From the NCBI GenBank assembly GCA_963737155.1, contig CAVTRN010000001.1, forward strand, positions 768,001 to 832,000: a DNA stretch of 64,000 bases, written 5' to 3'. The translations under genes and the position numbers were made by a program. Each line of letters opens with the position of its first letter. Positions within the stretch are counted from its first letter, which is position 1. The notes under the pieces were generated by a model. It made no database searches and had not been told where the DNA came from. It saw only the letters and a list, made by a program, of their open reading frames with translations. The stretch is from Nitrospirota bacterium (GTDB lineage: Bacteria > Nitrospirota > UBA9217). This document shows positions 24,492 through 34,326 of this stretch, piece by piece.

Positions 24492-26963
24492 ATGACATTG
24501 ATAAAAAGCAGCGCTTCCAAAAAGAAATTAAAACCTCTTAAACTGAAAGTCTCCCGCACTCATAAGCCCGAGGACCTTTCGCTCGAAGACTGGCAGCGCG
24601 CCCTCAGAAAACAGTTCGGCGAACAACAGAAGTTCATCCTCCGAAACAACGGAGAGCATCCGATCTTTTCCGAGTTCTCGCTCACCAACCCGGCCACGGG
24701 TAAAACTTACAAACTCGCCATTCGCGGGCGTGACGCGGGCGACAACTACTGCTCCTGTCCGGATTTCAGCGTCAACAACCTTGGCACCTGTAAACACATC
24801 GAATTTACTCTTGCTAAACTGGAAAAGAAACCAGGTGCGAAAAAGGCGTTCAAGGAGGGCTATGCCCTGCCCTATTCCGAGACGTTTCTGCACTACGGGC
24901 TGAAGAGGGAAATACGGTTCAAGCCCGCCGCTGACGCTCCCGCTGTGCTGCGCACCCTCGCACGCAAGTTTTTCGACGCACAGGGGAGCTTGAAGCCTGA
25001 GCGTATCCTGGATTTTCCTGATTTTCTTGACGCATCACGGCGCATAGGTAATCACGAACTGCGCTGCTACGACGACGTTATGGCTTTTGTCGCGGAACAT
25101 CAAGACAAGGAACATCGGGCTGGTGTCATAGCGTCGAAGCTGAAACAGGGGATAGGGAGCCCGGAGTTTCACAAGCTTCTGAAAACCGAACTGTACCCCT
25201 ACCAGAAGGAAGGCGCGCTGTTCGCGGTCCGTGCGGGTCGCTGTTTGATTGGCGATGACATGGGCCTCGGCAAAACCATTCAGGCTTTGGCAGCTTCGGA
25301 GTTGCTGCACCGGCTATTCAATATCAGGAAGGTACTTATCGTCACCCCCACTACGCTCAAACATCAATGGCATGCCGAGATCGAGAAGTTTACCGATAAG
25401 AGCGTTTGCGTGGTTGAGGGTATGAACACGGAGCGGGTACGACTGTATCGGGCAGAATCATTTTACAAAGTCATAAACTATGAGGTTGTGTTCCGCGACG
25501 CGGACTTGATCGAGGCGTGGTCCCCAGATCTCATCATCCTCGACGAGGCGCAGCGAATCAAGAATTGGAATACCCGAACAGCGAAATCGGTCAAGCGGCT
25601 CGAATCAATTTTTACCGTGGTACTGACCGGAACACCGCTTGAAAACAAGATTGAGGAACTGCATTCGATCATGGAATTTATCGACCGGCTCCATCTGGGT
25701 CCTCTCTATCGTTTCGTCCACAATCACCGCATTGTCGACAACGTCGGCAAAGTGACCGGCTACCGTCATCTCCAGACCATCCGCGAGTCGCTCATGGGCG
25801 TTATGATCAGGCGGACGAAGAACGAGGTGCTCCGGCAGCTCCCGGAGCGCACGGACAAGAACTTCTTCGTGCCCTTGACCCGGGAACAATTCGTGATCCA
25901 CGACGAATATCGCGAGATAGTGGCCAGGCTCGTGGCCAAATGGAGGCGCTATAGATTCCTGTGCGATGCGGACCAGAAACGGCTCATGATCGCGCTCAAC
26001 CTTATGCGTATGGTTTCCGACAACACATATCTGGTGGACAAAAAGACAATACACGGACCCAAGATCGAAGAGCTGGAAATCATTCTCCAGGAGCTTGTGC
26101 TGGAGGGCGACGAAAAAGTCGTCATTTTCACCCAATGGCTTAGAATGGCCGAACTCGTTGAGGAAAGATTAAAGAGAAACAATATAGGATACACCCACTT
26201 GCACGGCGGCGTCCCCTCCAAGGGGCGGCGCGATTTGATTGCAAAATTTAGGGAGGACCCGAAATGCAGCGTCTTCCTCTCGACCGACGCCGGCGGGGTG
26301 GGGCTCAATCTTCAAAGCGGTTCTGTCGTGATCAACATGGACATCCCCTGGAATCCGGCAGTTCTTGAACAGCGAATCGGCAGAGTCCATCGGATGGGCC
26401 AAAAGAAGCGGGTCCGCGTGATCAACTTTGTGACCGCAGGTTCTATCGAAGAGCGCATCCTCGAATTGCTTAAGTTCAAGAAATCAGTATTCGCAGGCGC
26501 GCTCGATAAGAACGGCCAGGATATGGTCATGGTCGGCGAATCACAGCTTAATAAACTTATGAAGACTGTGGAAACGATGGCGGGAAATATCGCGCAGCCT
26601 GACCCAGCCATGGAACGGCAGAGACAAAAAGAAGATGATCTCGCGGAAAAGCTGGAGATAAGCGATGCGGTAAAGGAAAAAACTGGATCAGAGGATTCCG
26701 ACAATGGTCGCGGAGACAGGCCCGATTCACTGAGCGACCTGCTTCAGAGCGGCGCCCGGTTCCTGATGAGCCTCGGAGATCTGATGGCGAAGCCTGGAGA
26801 GCCGGTGGAGAAACGCCTCCAAACCCTGATCAGCCGGGACGATGCTACGGGAACCGCATACCTGAAAATACCTTTACCCGAAACGAAAACGATAAAGATG
26901 GTTTTTGCCGCTCTCGGTGAGCTGCTATCGCAGACTGCGCAGCCCGAAGGAAATAGGGAATGA
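24492..26963 (+). CDS. SWIM zinc-finger SNF2-family helicase
   Basis: CSCPDF..CKH SWIM, DDMGLGKT, DEAQ, LTGTP, GGVGLNLQ, QRIGRVHRMGQ. Confidence 0.92.
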   Translation: MTLIKSSASKKKLKPLKLKVSRTHKPEDLSLEDWQRALRKQFGEQQKFILRNNGEHPIFSEFSLTNPATGKTYKLAIRGRDAGDNYCSCPDFSVNNLGTCKHIEFTLAKLEKKPGAKKAFKEGYALPYSETFLHYGLKREIRFKPAADAPAVLRTLARKFFDAQGSLKPERILDFPDFLDASRRIGNHELRCYDDVMAFVAEHQDKEHRAGVIASKLKQGIGSPEFHKLLKTELYPYQKEGALFAVRAGRCLIGDDMGLGKTIQALAASELLHRLFNIRKVLIVTPTTLKHQWHAEIEKFTDKSVCVVEGMNTERVRLYRAESFYKVINYEVVFRDADLIEAWSPDLIILDEAQRIKNWNTRTAKSVKRLESIFTVVLTGTPLENKIEELHSIMEFIDRLHLGPLYRFVHNHRIVDNVGKVTGYRHLQTIRESLMGVMIRRTKNEVLRQLPERTDKNFFVPLTREQFVIHDEYREIVARLVAKWRRYRFLCDADQKRLMIALNLMRMVSDNTYLVDKKTIHGPKIEELEIILQELVLEGDEKVVIFTQWLRMAELVEERLKRNNIGYTHLHGGVPSKGRRDLIAKFREDPKCSVFLSTDAGGVGLNLQSGSVVINMDIPWNPAVLEQRIGRVHRMGQKKRVRVINFVTAGSIEERILELLKFKKSVFAGALDKNGQDMVMVGESQLNKLMKTVETMAGNIAQPDPAMERQRQKEDDLAEKLEISDAVKEKTGSEDSDNGRGDRPDSLSDLLQSGARFLMSLGDLMAKPGEPVEKRLQTLISRDDATGTAYLKIPLPETKTIKMVFAALGELLSQTAQPEGNRE

Positions 26964-27124
26964 CCCATGTGACAACTGCACGGGTGTTAGCTCTATACTT
27001 CATCAACGGCGGTTAGCCTCGAATTAACATGAATAAGTTAACAGCTTGTGTACGTAGCGTATTCACCCATTGCTGAAGTTGATTTACAGACTAATAAGCG
27101 ACTTCATTGCCTTGCTGCAGCAAA

Positions 27125-27445
27125 TCAAGCGAAGAGTACCGACACATGGCCTGTCTTACGCGAACGGGAAACCGGCTCGACGACGATCTGCACGTAGCGG
27201 CCCAGGAGGGTCATGCATTCAAGCATCTTGGCTTCCGAAATACCGCGAAAGTGGCCGTGCATCATGTTGGATAGCTTGGGCTGAGTCATCACGAGCAGCG
27301 ATGAGGCCTGCGTCTGTGTAAGTTTACGCAGTTTAATGATCTCAGCAATCTTCGCGGCAAGCTGGGTCTCAACCAGCATCTCGTCTGCATCCACCATGCC
27401 GAGATCGGCATACATATTCATGCTTCCTTTTTAAATCTTGCTCAT
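27125..27445 (-). pseudogene. XRE/HigA-like antitoxin with stop at codon 5 (may restart at ATG 27421)
   Basis: ATG AGC AAG ATT TAA AAA GGA AGC ATG.. (MSKI*KGSMNMYADLG) followed by an HTH. Confidence 0.7.
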
Positions 27446-27447
27446 GG

Positions 27448-27800
27448 TCATACTCCTTCCGAAAGCTGGCGGGCCAATTTCAGCCGCGCTTCGGTCATTT
27501 CCTTATTTTGTTTTGACGTCTCAACACCTTTGCGCGATTTTTTCTGGAAACAATGCTGCACATAGACGCCGTTGCTGAATCTGACGGTATACACAGCGCG
27601 ATAAGTGCTGCCGTCGTAATCCTCCGCTACCTCAAGCACTCCGGCTGACTCGAACCCTTTGAGCGTCTTGGCCAGCTGATGCTTTTGACCACCCTGCGCC
27701 AAATATAACGCATAGCCGACGACATCGACCACGCCGGCATTTTCAGAAGATCCTTTTTTGCTGATCCTACCCAGAACAAAGGCTTCAAATCGTCTGCTCT
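27448..27800 (-). pseudogene. RelE/ParE (Gp49-like) toxin, frameshifted
   Basis: KPLFWVGSAKKDLLKMPA in one frame, VGYALYLAQ..YRAVYTVRF..HCFQKKS in another; no clear start codon. Confidence 0.8.
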
Positions 27801-28019
27801 CCTAGCAGAGTTATACCTAAATGGATATAAAAAGCAAGTCAAATTACAGTCATCATGCTATATAAATAGTGTTTGTGAAGATATTGATGTAGAATTTAGT
27901 CGTTTTAGCTGAATTAACATCATTTTTCATGCTCTGGAGATAATATAGCTTATTGTTGGTATTTTTTCTTGATAGGGGTCATTAAAAAGCCGAAATGGTA
28001 CCGAAACGAGTTTTGCTGA

Positions 28020-28090
28020 GAGTCTCGCTCGGGGAGCCATACCAATACGAAAAGGTCAATTTCTAAGGAAATTGGCCTATTTTTACTTCG
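28020..28090 (+). repeat. Degenerate direct repeat of the tRNA-Asn 3' end plus terminator (att-like)
   Basis: GAGTCTCGCTCGGGGAGCCATACCAATACGAAAAGGTCAATTTCTAAGGAAATTGGCCTATTTTTACTT aligns without gaps to 20003-20071. Confidence 0.8.
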
Positions 28091-28154
28091 CCCTTGTCTG
28101 TCCCGCTTTGCTGTATGTATCTTCGAAGTTGATTCTGATTAAATATTACACTTC

Positions 28155-28586
28155 TTGTTCCATAATACCAATAAATATGACCTCTTCGAGGAGCAGGCGT
28201 TAGTGCAAGAGGAACAAGCATGCTTAGCTGATAAGAAAGCTCGGGAGCGGAGCAGAGAGCGCGAAGCAGAGCGGCGGGTCGAACATGATCGCGCATATAT
28301 AGATCTATTCGCTAAACGAATTCGCGAACTATTTCCCTTTTGTCCTCCAGAAAGAGAAGTAATTGCGGAACACGCATGCCTTAAATACAGCGGCCGTATC
28401 GGTCGTACGGCGTCCGCAAAGGATCTGGAGGAAAAGGCCGTTCTGTTAGCCGTAATCGCTCATATCAGAAATACTGAGACGTCATACGACAGACTTTTAG
28501 CGATGAGGTATGATAGGCGGGAAGCGCGGAGTCGTGTCGAAGGTAGAGTAGATGAAATCATTGCTACCTGGAGCCGTCGTAAATAA
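28155..28586 (+). CDS. DUF2293-like protein (probably 5'-truncated)
   Basis: IRELFPFCP..IAEHACLKYSGRIGR..LAVIAHIR..YDRLL; no good start codon. Confidence 0.6.
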   Translation: MFHNTNKYDLFEEQALVQEEQACLADKKARERSREREAERRVEHDRAYIDLFAKRIRELFPFCPPEREVIAEHACLKYSGRIGRTASAKDLEEKAVLLAVIAHIRNTETSYDRLLAMRYDRREARSRVEGRVDEIIATWSRRK

Positions 28587-28600
28587 ATTATGGAGAATAA

Positions 28601-28939
28601 GTGACCATGCTAAACAGATCTGTCGCAATAATTCGGTTAAAAGAGCCATTCTTGAAATGGGTAAAGACACTTCCTGATCTTGCAGACGTTTCCAAGGACA
28701 TCATCAATCATGATACTACCGCTTATCTTTTGCCAGCGCTTATTTATGATTCTGAAGAGGCAGAATTACTTCAACAATTTCATGACCTAATTTTTGAAGA
28801 ACAGCTTAATGGATGGTGGAAGGAAAAGAGCGACTGGCCTAAAAAACGTGACATGACAACGTTCAAAAAATGGTTTGATGTAGAATTTCATTCCCTAGTA
28901 ATTGATCTAGTCGAAGCGCCACTTCAAGATGACGAATGA
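28601..28939 (+). CDS. Conserved hypothetical protein
   Basis: SD GGAG; LNRS..KEPFLKW..EQLNGW..WP..FKKWFDVEFHS. Confidence 0.65.
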   Translation: MTMLNRSVAIIRLKEPFLKWVKTLPDLADVSKDIINHDTTAYLLPALIYDSEEAELLQQFHDLIFEEQLNGWWKEKSDWPKKRDMTTFKKWFDVEFHSLVIDLVEAPLQDDE

Positions 28940-29009
28940 TATATTGATTGAATAGAGGAGACATTTGCGACATACAAAGATTCTGGATGAATTGTGTGAT
29001 ATTTGCTAT

Positions 29010-29356
29010 GTACGTGAAATCGCGAGGTCCTTTCTGGTCATACAACAGTAGACAACCATATTCAATGCTTTCACTGCAAAGGTTGCGTCGAATATTTACG
29101 GCCAGGAGAAAAGAATTACAATAAGCGCTTCGATGATAAATATATTGATGCTGTTTTTAAAACCCTTCATGCACCACCAATCAATTATGATATTAATAGA
29201 ACAACGTGGAAACTATCGGATATCCAGTCCGTTTTATCAAAGGAAGGCATTGATATAGGCAAGACCTGCATCAGCAAAATTATAAAAGATGCCGGTTTCG
29301 ATCCGGATGTCGAAATTGATGATGCGCAGAGATCGCTAATATCGAAGCTCATCTAA
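29010..29356 (+). pseudogene. IS630-like transposase HTH remnant
   Basis: AVFKTLHAPPINYDINRTTWKLSDIQSVLSKEGIDIGKTCISKIIKDAGF resembles the IS630 winged-HTH region; no DDE domain. Confidence 0.5.
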
Positions 29357-29667
29357 TGCTCGAATGAGATGTTAGTATTTCAAATAATGCCGGATAGTAA
29401 GGCGCATACTTTAGTCGAATTGACATTCATTCGCGTTGCGATAATTTTAAAATATAATTAATATTTTTGGGTGCTTGCATATATCTGTGAGAAATTTGAG
29501 ACGGTTTGACTGTCGGCACCATGCCGAGCGCCCTCAGTCGCGGTACATGGCGAGAAGATTCACGCCAAAACAGAGACGTGAAACTTGCTGGAGAGCGACG
29601 TGGGCCGGATAATGAGTTCTAAGGCTGGTTCTTATTCGAGCATCTGGTGAACAGTGAGGAGGATTCG

Positions 29668-30129
29668 ATGATAGCTCTTAAGCCTGGAGTACAAGCTCCT
29701 GACTTTTCTCTTTCAACCACCCCCGATCAGAAAGTATCCCTCTCCGACTTTCGTGGACAGCCCGTAGTCCTCGTCTTCTATCCGGCCGATTGGAGTCCCG
29801 TTTGCAGTGATCAGTTGGCGCTCTATAATGAGTTAAAACCCGAATTCTCCGAGTTCGACGCGCAAATCATCGGCATCTCGGTCGATGGTGTCTGGTGCCA
29901 TCTCGCCTTCAGCAAAGACCGCAAACTGCATATTCCGCTCTTGGCGGACTTTGAACCGAAAGGCGCAGTGGCCCGTCAATACGGTGTTTACCGAGAGAAA
30001 GACGGCGAGTCGGAACGGGCGCTGTTTGTCATCGATGCCGAGGGCATTATTCGTTGGAGTTACGTCTCGCCGGTGGGCATCAATCCGGGTGCCGATGGAA
30101 TATTGAAATCGCTCGAATCAATGACCTAA
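29668..30129 (+). CDS. Peroxiredoxin (AhpC/TSA, AhpE-like)
   Basis: FYPADWSPVC peroxidatic motif, GISVD, ERALFVID; SD GAGGAGG. Confidence 0.9.
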   Translation: MIALKPGVQAPDFSLSTTPDQKVSLSDFRGQPVVLVFYPADWSPVCSDQLALYNELKPEFSEFDAQIIGISVDGVWCHLAFSKDRKLHIPLLADFEPKGAVARQYGVYREKDGESERALFVIDAEGIIRWSYVSPVGINPGADGILKSLESMT

Positions 30130-30171
30130 GGCCAAAAGTAGCGAGCGTCCGAAACTAAGTCAGGAGGGATT

Positions 30172-30756
30172 ATGGAAAATTCCGCCAAGCTCACCCAGCG
30201 CGTTTCAGCGCGTGACCATGCCGAAGGACCCACAGATGCTCCTTTGACATTAGTAGAGTACGGCGATTATCAATGCTCTTACTGTGGAGCTGCCTATCCC
30301 ATCATAAAGCGCTTGCAGAAAACGTTGGGGAAGAAGCTGCGATTTGTGTTTAGGAATTTCCCCGTGACCCAGGCGCACCCCTATGCTATGATCGCGGCCG
30401 AAACGGCGGAAGCCGCGGCACTTCAGGGTAAGTTTTGGGAGATGCACGATCTGCTTTATGAACAGCAAACCTTACTCGAGCCGGATATCATTCCCTCGTG
30501 GGCTAAAAGGATTGGGTTGGATATCGATAAATTCGGAAACGATATCAAACAAGGCGTTGTGAAAAAACGTATCAAGGAAGATCGCCAGAGCGGCATCCGC
30601 AGCGGCGTTAACGGTACGCCAACATTTTATGTCAACGGAACACGCTACGATGGCTTGTATGATTATGATTCGCTCCTGGTTATATTATGCACCCAGCGAG
30701 AAAAGGAAAATTTGCTGCCTCTCAAAGACATCTATCTTCATGATCCATCGTATTAA
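30172..30756 (+). CDS. DsbA-family thioredoxin-fold protein
   Basis: EYGDYQCSYC, FRNFP, GVNGTPTF. Confidence 0.9.
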   Translation: MENSAKLTQRVSARDHAEGPTDAPLTLVEYGDYQCSYCGAAYPIIKRLQKTLGKKLRFVFRNFPVTQAHPYAMIAAETAEAAALQGKFWEMHDLLYEQQTLLEPDIIPSWAKRIGLDIDKFGNDIKQGVVKKRIKEDRQSGIRSGVNGTPTFYVNGTRYDGLYDYDSLLVILCTQREKENLLPLKDIYLHDPSY

Positions 30757-30805
30757 TGATGCATCTTTTTGTTCATGGGTGTCCATAGGCAGCCAATCTC
30801 CTTTC

Positions 30806-31192
30806 TCACTTGATGTTGAATCTGTAGTTGCCCGCGGTACGGTGTCCGTCCCTTGCTACAACGCTCCAGTAGACTATGTATTCACCGGGAGGCAATGCAG
30901 GCACGCTGACCTCGAGAGGTGTTGAGTCTGACGAATCCACGTGCCCGTCTCCTTTGTCCACCCTCCGGTTGTCTTTCGCAGCATAGACCATGATCGAGGA
31001 AAAGAGAGGCTCCAACTCACTATCGAACCAGATGCGGACAATTGCGGGAGGCATCGAGATTGTGGAGCCTACTTTCGGATCGGCGTGGTCAGGATATGCA
31101 TGTCCCTGGGCCGCAACTGGCATCAGGAAGAGAAGTAAAAGGAAGATGATTTGTGCCTCCATTATATTGAGAATATGTAGCCGGATTCTCAC
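30806..31192 (-). CDS. copC: Periplasmic copper-binding protein CopC
   Basis: Signal peptide then N-terminal His (HAYPDHADP), C-terminal VARDGH; GTGA overlap with the upstream gene. Confidence 0.88.
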   Translation of the reverse strand: MRIRLHILNIMEAQIIFLLLLFLMPVAAQGHAYPDHADPKVGSTISMPPAIVRIWFDSELEPLFSSIMVYAAKDNRRVDKGDGHVDSSDSTPLEVSVPALPPGEYIVYWSVVARDGHRTAGNYRFNIK

Positions 31193-32132
31193 GGGAAAAT
31201 CGGTTTCCCTATGCTCTTCGGGAAAAGGTCGTCGATAAATAGGTGAAACAAGGCGTAGACGCCGGTGCCCGCTCCCGAGCGCGGGTTCATGGGAATTTCT
31301 GCGGCAGGGCCAAGCTCCGTATATTTCCCAATCCAGGTGATCCCCGAGTTTACGCTCCCGGATGTCTGATCCTTACAATCTGTGTTCAGACAGGTATCCA
31401 TGGGGAATTCGACAACAGCGACCATGCGGTTGAAAGGCTGACCGAGACCTATATCCTTGACAACGGACTGGAGATACATCAGGCTATACTGTACGGAGAA
31501 CGCCCACGTCAATGAAGTGGGGTTGTTTGTTACCGCACCTGTGTCATCCGTAGTCGTTTTGCTCGTCGGAACACTCAGGCCGATGACGCCGGTGACGGCG
31601 AGGGGTCTTAAAAAGCTTGATGAGTCAAACAGGTCGCCAAAACCTTTCCCAAAATAGAAATCCGGCGAAATGGTAGAGAACGGTTCGGATACGCTAGGAT
31701 TGCCCGTGTTCCCGATCTCATCTGACACGCCGACAGAATCGTTTCATGCTCGGCACTCGTGTAAAACTGGTACTTCAAATTCACATCCAGATTCACGAAA
31801 CCGCTTAAGGTCCCATCGCTCTCGGTGGAGGTGCTGGTACTGTTCATCGACTTCTACTCCGAAGTTGGGCAAGATGCGTTTGGAGTATCCGACATCAAGT
31901 GACGAAGTCTGAATCCGAGGCCCGCCTGCTTCATCTTTATCGAATTATACAGCACGGAAAACTCGTCAGAAATGAACGGATCGTCCACAGCGAACGTTGT
32001 CGGGAAAAACCGCTGCCCAGCGACCCCGTGGGCGTATGACGTCAATGGGATTATTACGACAACGATATTGAGCACAAAGCGGAGTGCCAGGTACAACCAA
32101 TATATTGTTGAGATCCCCCTCCTGTAGGTCAT
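31189..32132 (-). pseudogene. Exported, probably outer-membrane protein upstream of copC, split over three frames
   Basis: Signal peptide then AHGVAGQRFFPTTFAVDDPFISDE; fragments 31854-32132, 31608-31847, 31189-31728; SD GGAGGA. Confidence 0.65.
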
Positions 32133-33035
32133 TAAAGTCCTCCGGATATAAAGAGAATCAGATGGCCGCAGTCTGACACACATCACAGCCTTGAACCGAA
32201 CGCCTTGGAGACACGACCGAGATATTCATTGTTTACAAGAACGTATCCCATTCACCAGCATCTATCACATCTTCATCGATTCTGTGGAAGCATCTTATCG
32301 AAAAGGTCTATGACTTTTCCTGCCGAAGCGCGATCTTGCGCCTGTCTGCCGTCATTGCTTGTTGCCGATAACACCGTTCGCATGCATTTCACTCATCGCA
32401 TTGCCTATCAGGATTTCTGTCAATACGAAGCGGGCATCGGACAACATTATTTTTCTTATGTTCGATGGAATATTTGGCCAAATTCTCGGCATTCCCGCCC
32501 TAGTGCAGGTGCTCGTGCATCACCGCCCGTGCCGTGCATCCTGCCGATGTCCTGGTGTTCCATTTCACCTATCATGCCGCCTTCTTGCATGCCCCCGCCT
32601 TAATAACCATGCAACGGTACATCTGTGCCTGCGCAGTCCAAACTGACACCGCAATAAAGATGAACCTGGAGAGTGTACGGACCAGCCTTTTTCTTTTACA
32701 CATACACGCCCTTAAATTTATATGCACATATGATCAATGGTAGCAGAGAGAAGAAACAAATACAATTCTTCGGTGCATATAGAAATTTCGGCTCATCTCC
32801 AAGATGTTGTAGCACATGCTGGTGCACGTCCTGTTCTTGTATTCTCTGTCTCTGGTATACATAAATCCCCTTATCCGGGACTGAATGCGCTGGATTTATT
32901 TATTCGCTATCCACTTCATCTGCTACCTGTATCAAATGCTACATGCACTACTGCAAATGCTCCACAATAATAATTATTCTTTGTTTTCCTGCCTATAAAA
33001 GCATGATTTATCGTAAGAAGTTGTAGCTGATAGGA

Positions 33036-33051
33036 TGGCATGGACATTGCT
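33036..33051 (+). promoter_or_regulatory. sigma54 (-24/-12) promoter of the cus operon
   Basis: TGGCATGGACATTGCT matches TGGCAC-N5-TTGCW spacing, 25 bp before ATG 33076. Confidence 0.75.
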
Positions 33052-33075
33052 ACTATTAAGAACGGGAGGTCAGTA

Positions 33076-34326
33076 ATGCGGATTCACGTGGTCATCTTCT
33101 TAATGGTGGTTCTCTTCATTCCTTCAGTTTCACTTGCTGATGATTCCCCCATCACCCTAAAAGACCTGGAGCAGGAGGCGCTAAACAATAACCCCGAAAT
33201 CCTCATGACGACAAAGAAGGTTGAGTCCGCTAAAGATAAGAAATCCCTTGCTTCGGCCCTGCCGGACCCCATGATCGGCTACATGGTGCAGAATGTCGGA
33301 TCTCCGGGGCCGTGGACCGTCGGCGTGCAAGACATGAGCATGGAGGGCGTGGTCTTCTCGCAAGAGATCCCATTTCCTGGCAAGCTGGGGACAAAAGGAC
33401 GCATTGCAGGTAAAGAAGAGGAACAGATAGAACAAGGAGCCCGCGAAACAAAGCTCGAAGTATTGAACAACCTAAGGTCAGCGTACTATGAATACTTTCT
33501 TGCGTTTAAATCCGCTGCGATTTTAGATCAGACCAAGGATCTCTTGAAAGATTTTCAGCATATTGCCGAAACACGCTATGCGACAGGCCAGGGAATTCAG
33601 CAAGATGTCATACGCGCCCAGCTTGAGGTCTCCTCGATCATGGACAGGCTTGCCGAAGAGGAACAAAAAAAAGAAGCACAAGCGGCGGTCATTAACAGCC
33701 TCATAGGCCGCAATCCGTTTGCGCCACTTGGCAGGCCTGATGAACTTCCCAGGACGACACCCGCCATCACAATCGACGAAATGGCCACCATGGCGATTGA
33801 GCATTCCCCGATGCTGCAAGGGACGAAACGGATGGTGGAGCAAAACAGGGAAGAGCTTTCCCTGAGTCGCAGGGAATACCTGCCGGACATGGTGGTCTCA
33901 GGCGGGTGGTTTACCCGGGGAGAAAAAACAGATGTATGGCAGGCAAGTGTGATGTTCAAAATTCCGCTCTACTTTTGGAATAAGTCAACGGGTGTGAAGG
34001 CCGCGTCAGCCGATCTCAGCGCCACGCGCTACGAATACGACGCTGAACGACTCGCGACGCTTGCCCGGGTGCGCGACCTCTATTCCATGGTGAAGACCGC
34101 GGAGCACCACATCCAGCTCTATGAGGCAGGGATTATTCCGCAGGCGAAGATGTCGCTTCAGTCTGCAACAACGAATTATCAAGTAGGGAAAACCGATTTC
34201 ATGTCGCTGCTAGAAAGCGAAAATATGCTCTTGAAGTATCAACTCATGGAGCAGGAGGAGCTCGTGAACCTGAACAAGACCATGTCCATGCTCGGCGAGA
34301 TAACGGGAGAAGAGCATGAAAATTAA
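33076..34326 (+). CDS. TolC-family outer membrane factor (CusC-like)
   Basis: SQEIPFPGKL, OEP repeats, YQVGKTDF; SD GGGAGG; first gene of the RND operon. Confidence 0.88.
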   Translation: MRIHVVIFLMVVLFIPSVSLADDSPITLKDLEQEALNNNPEILMTTKKVESAKDKKSLASALPDPMIGYMVQNVGSPGPWTVGVQDMSMEGVVFSQEIPFPGKLGTKGRIAGKEEEQIEQGARETKLEVLNNLRSAYYEYFLAFKSAAILDQTKDLLKDFQHIAETRYATGQGIQQDVIRAQLEVSSIMDRLAEEEQKKEAQAAVINSLIGRNPFAPLGRPDELPRTTPAITIDEMATMAIEHSPMLQGTKRMVEQNREELSLSRREYLPDMVVSGGWFTRGEKTDVWQASVMFKIPLYFWNKSTGVKAASADLSATRYEYDAERLATLARVRDLYSMVKTAEHHIQLYEAGIIPQAKMSLQSATTNYQVGKTDFMSLLESENMLLKYQLMEQEELVNLNKTMSMLGEITGEEHEN

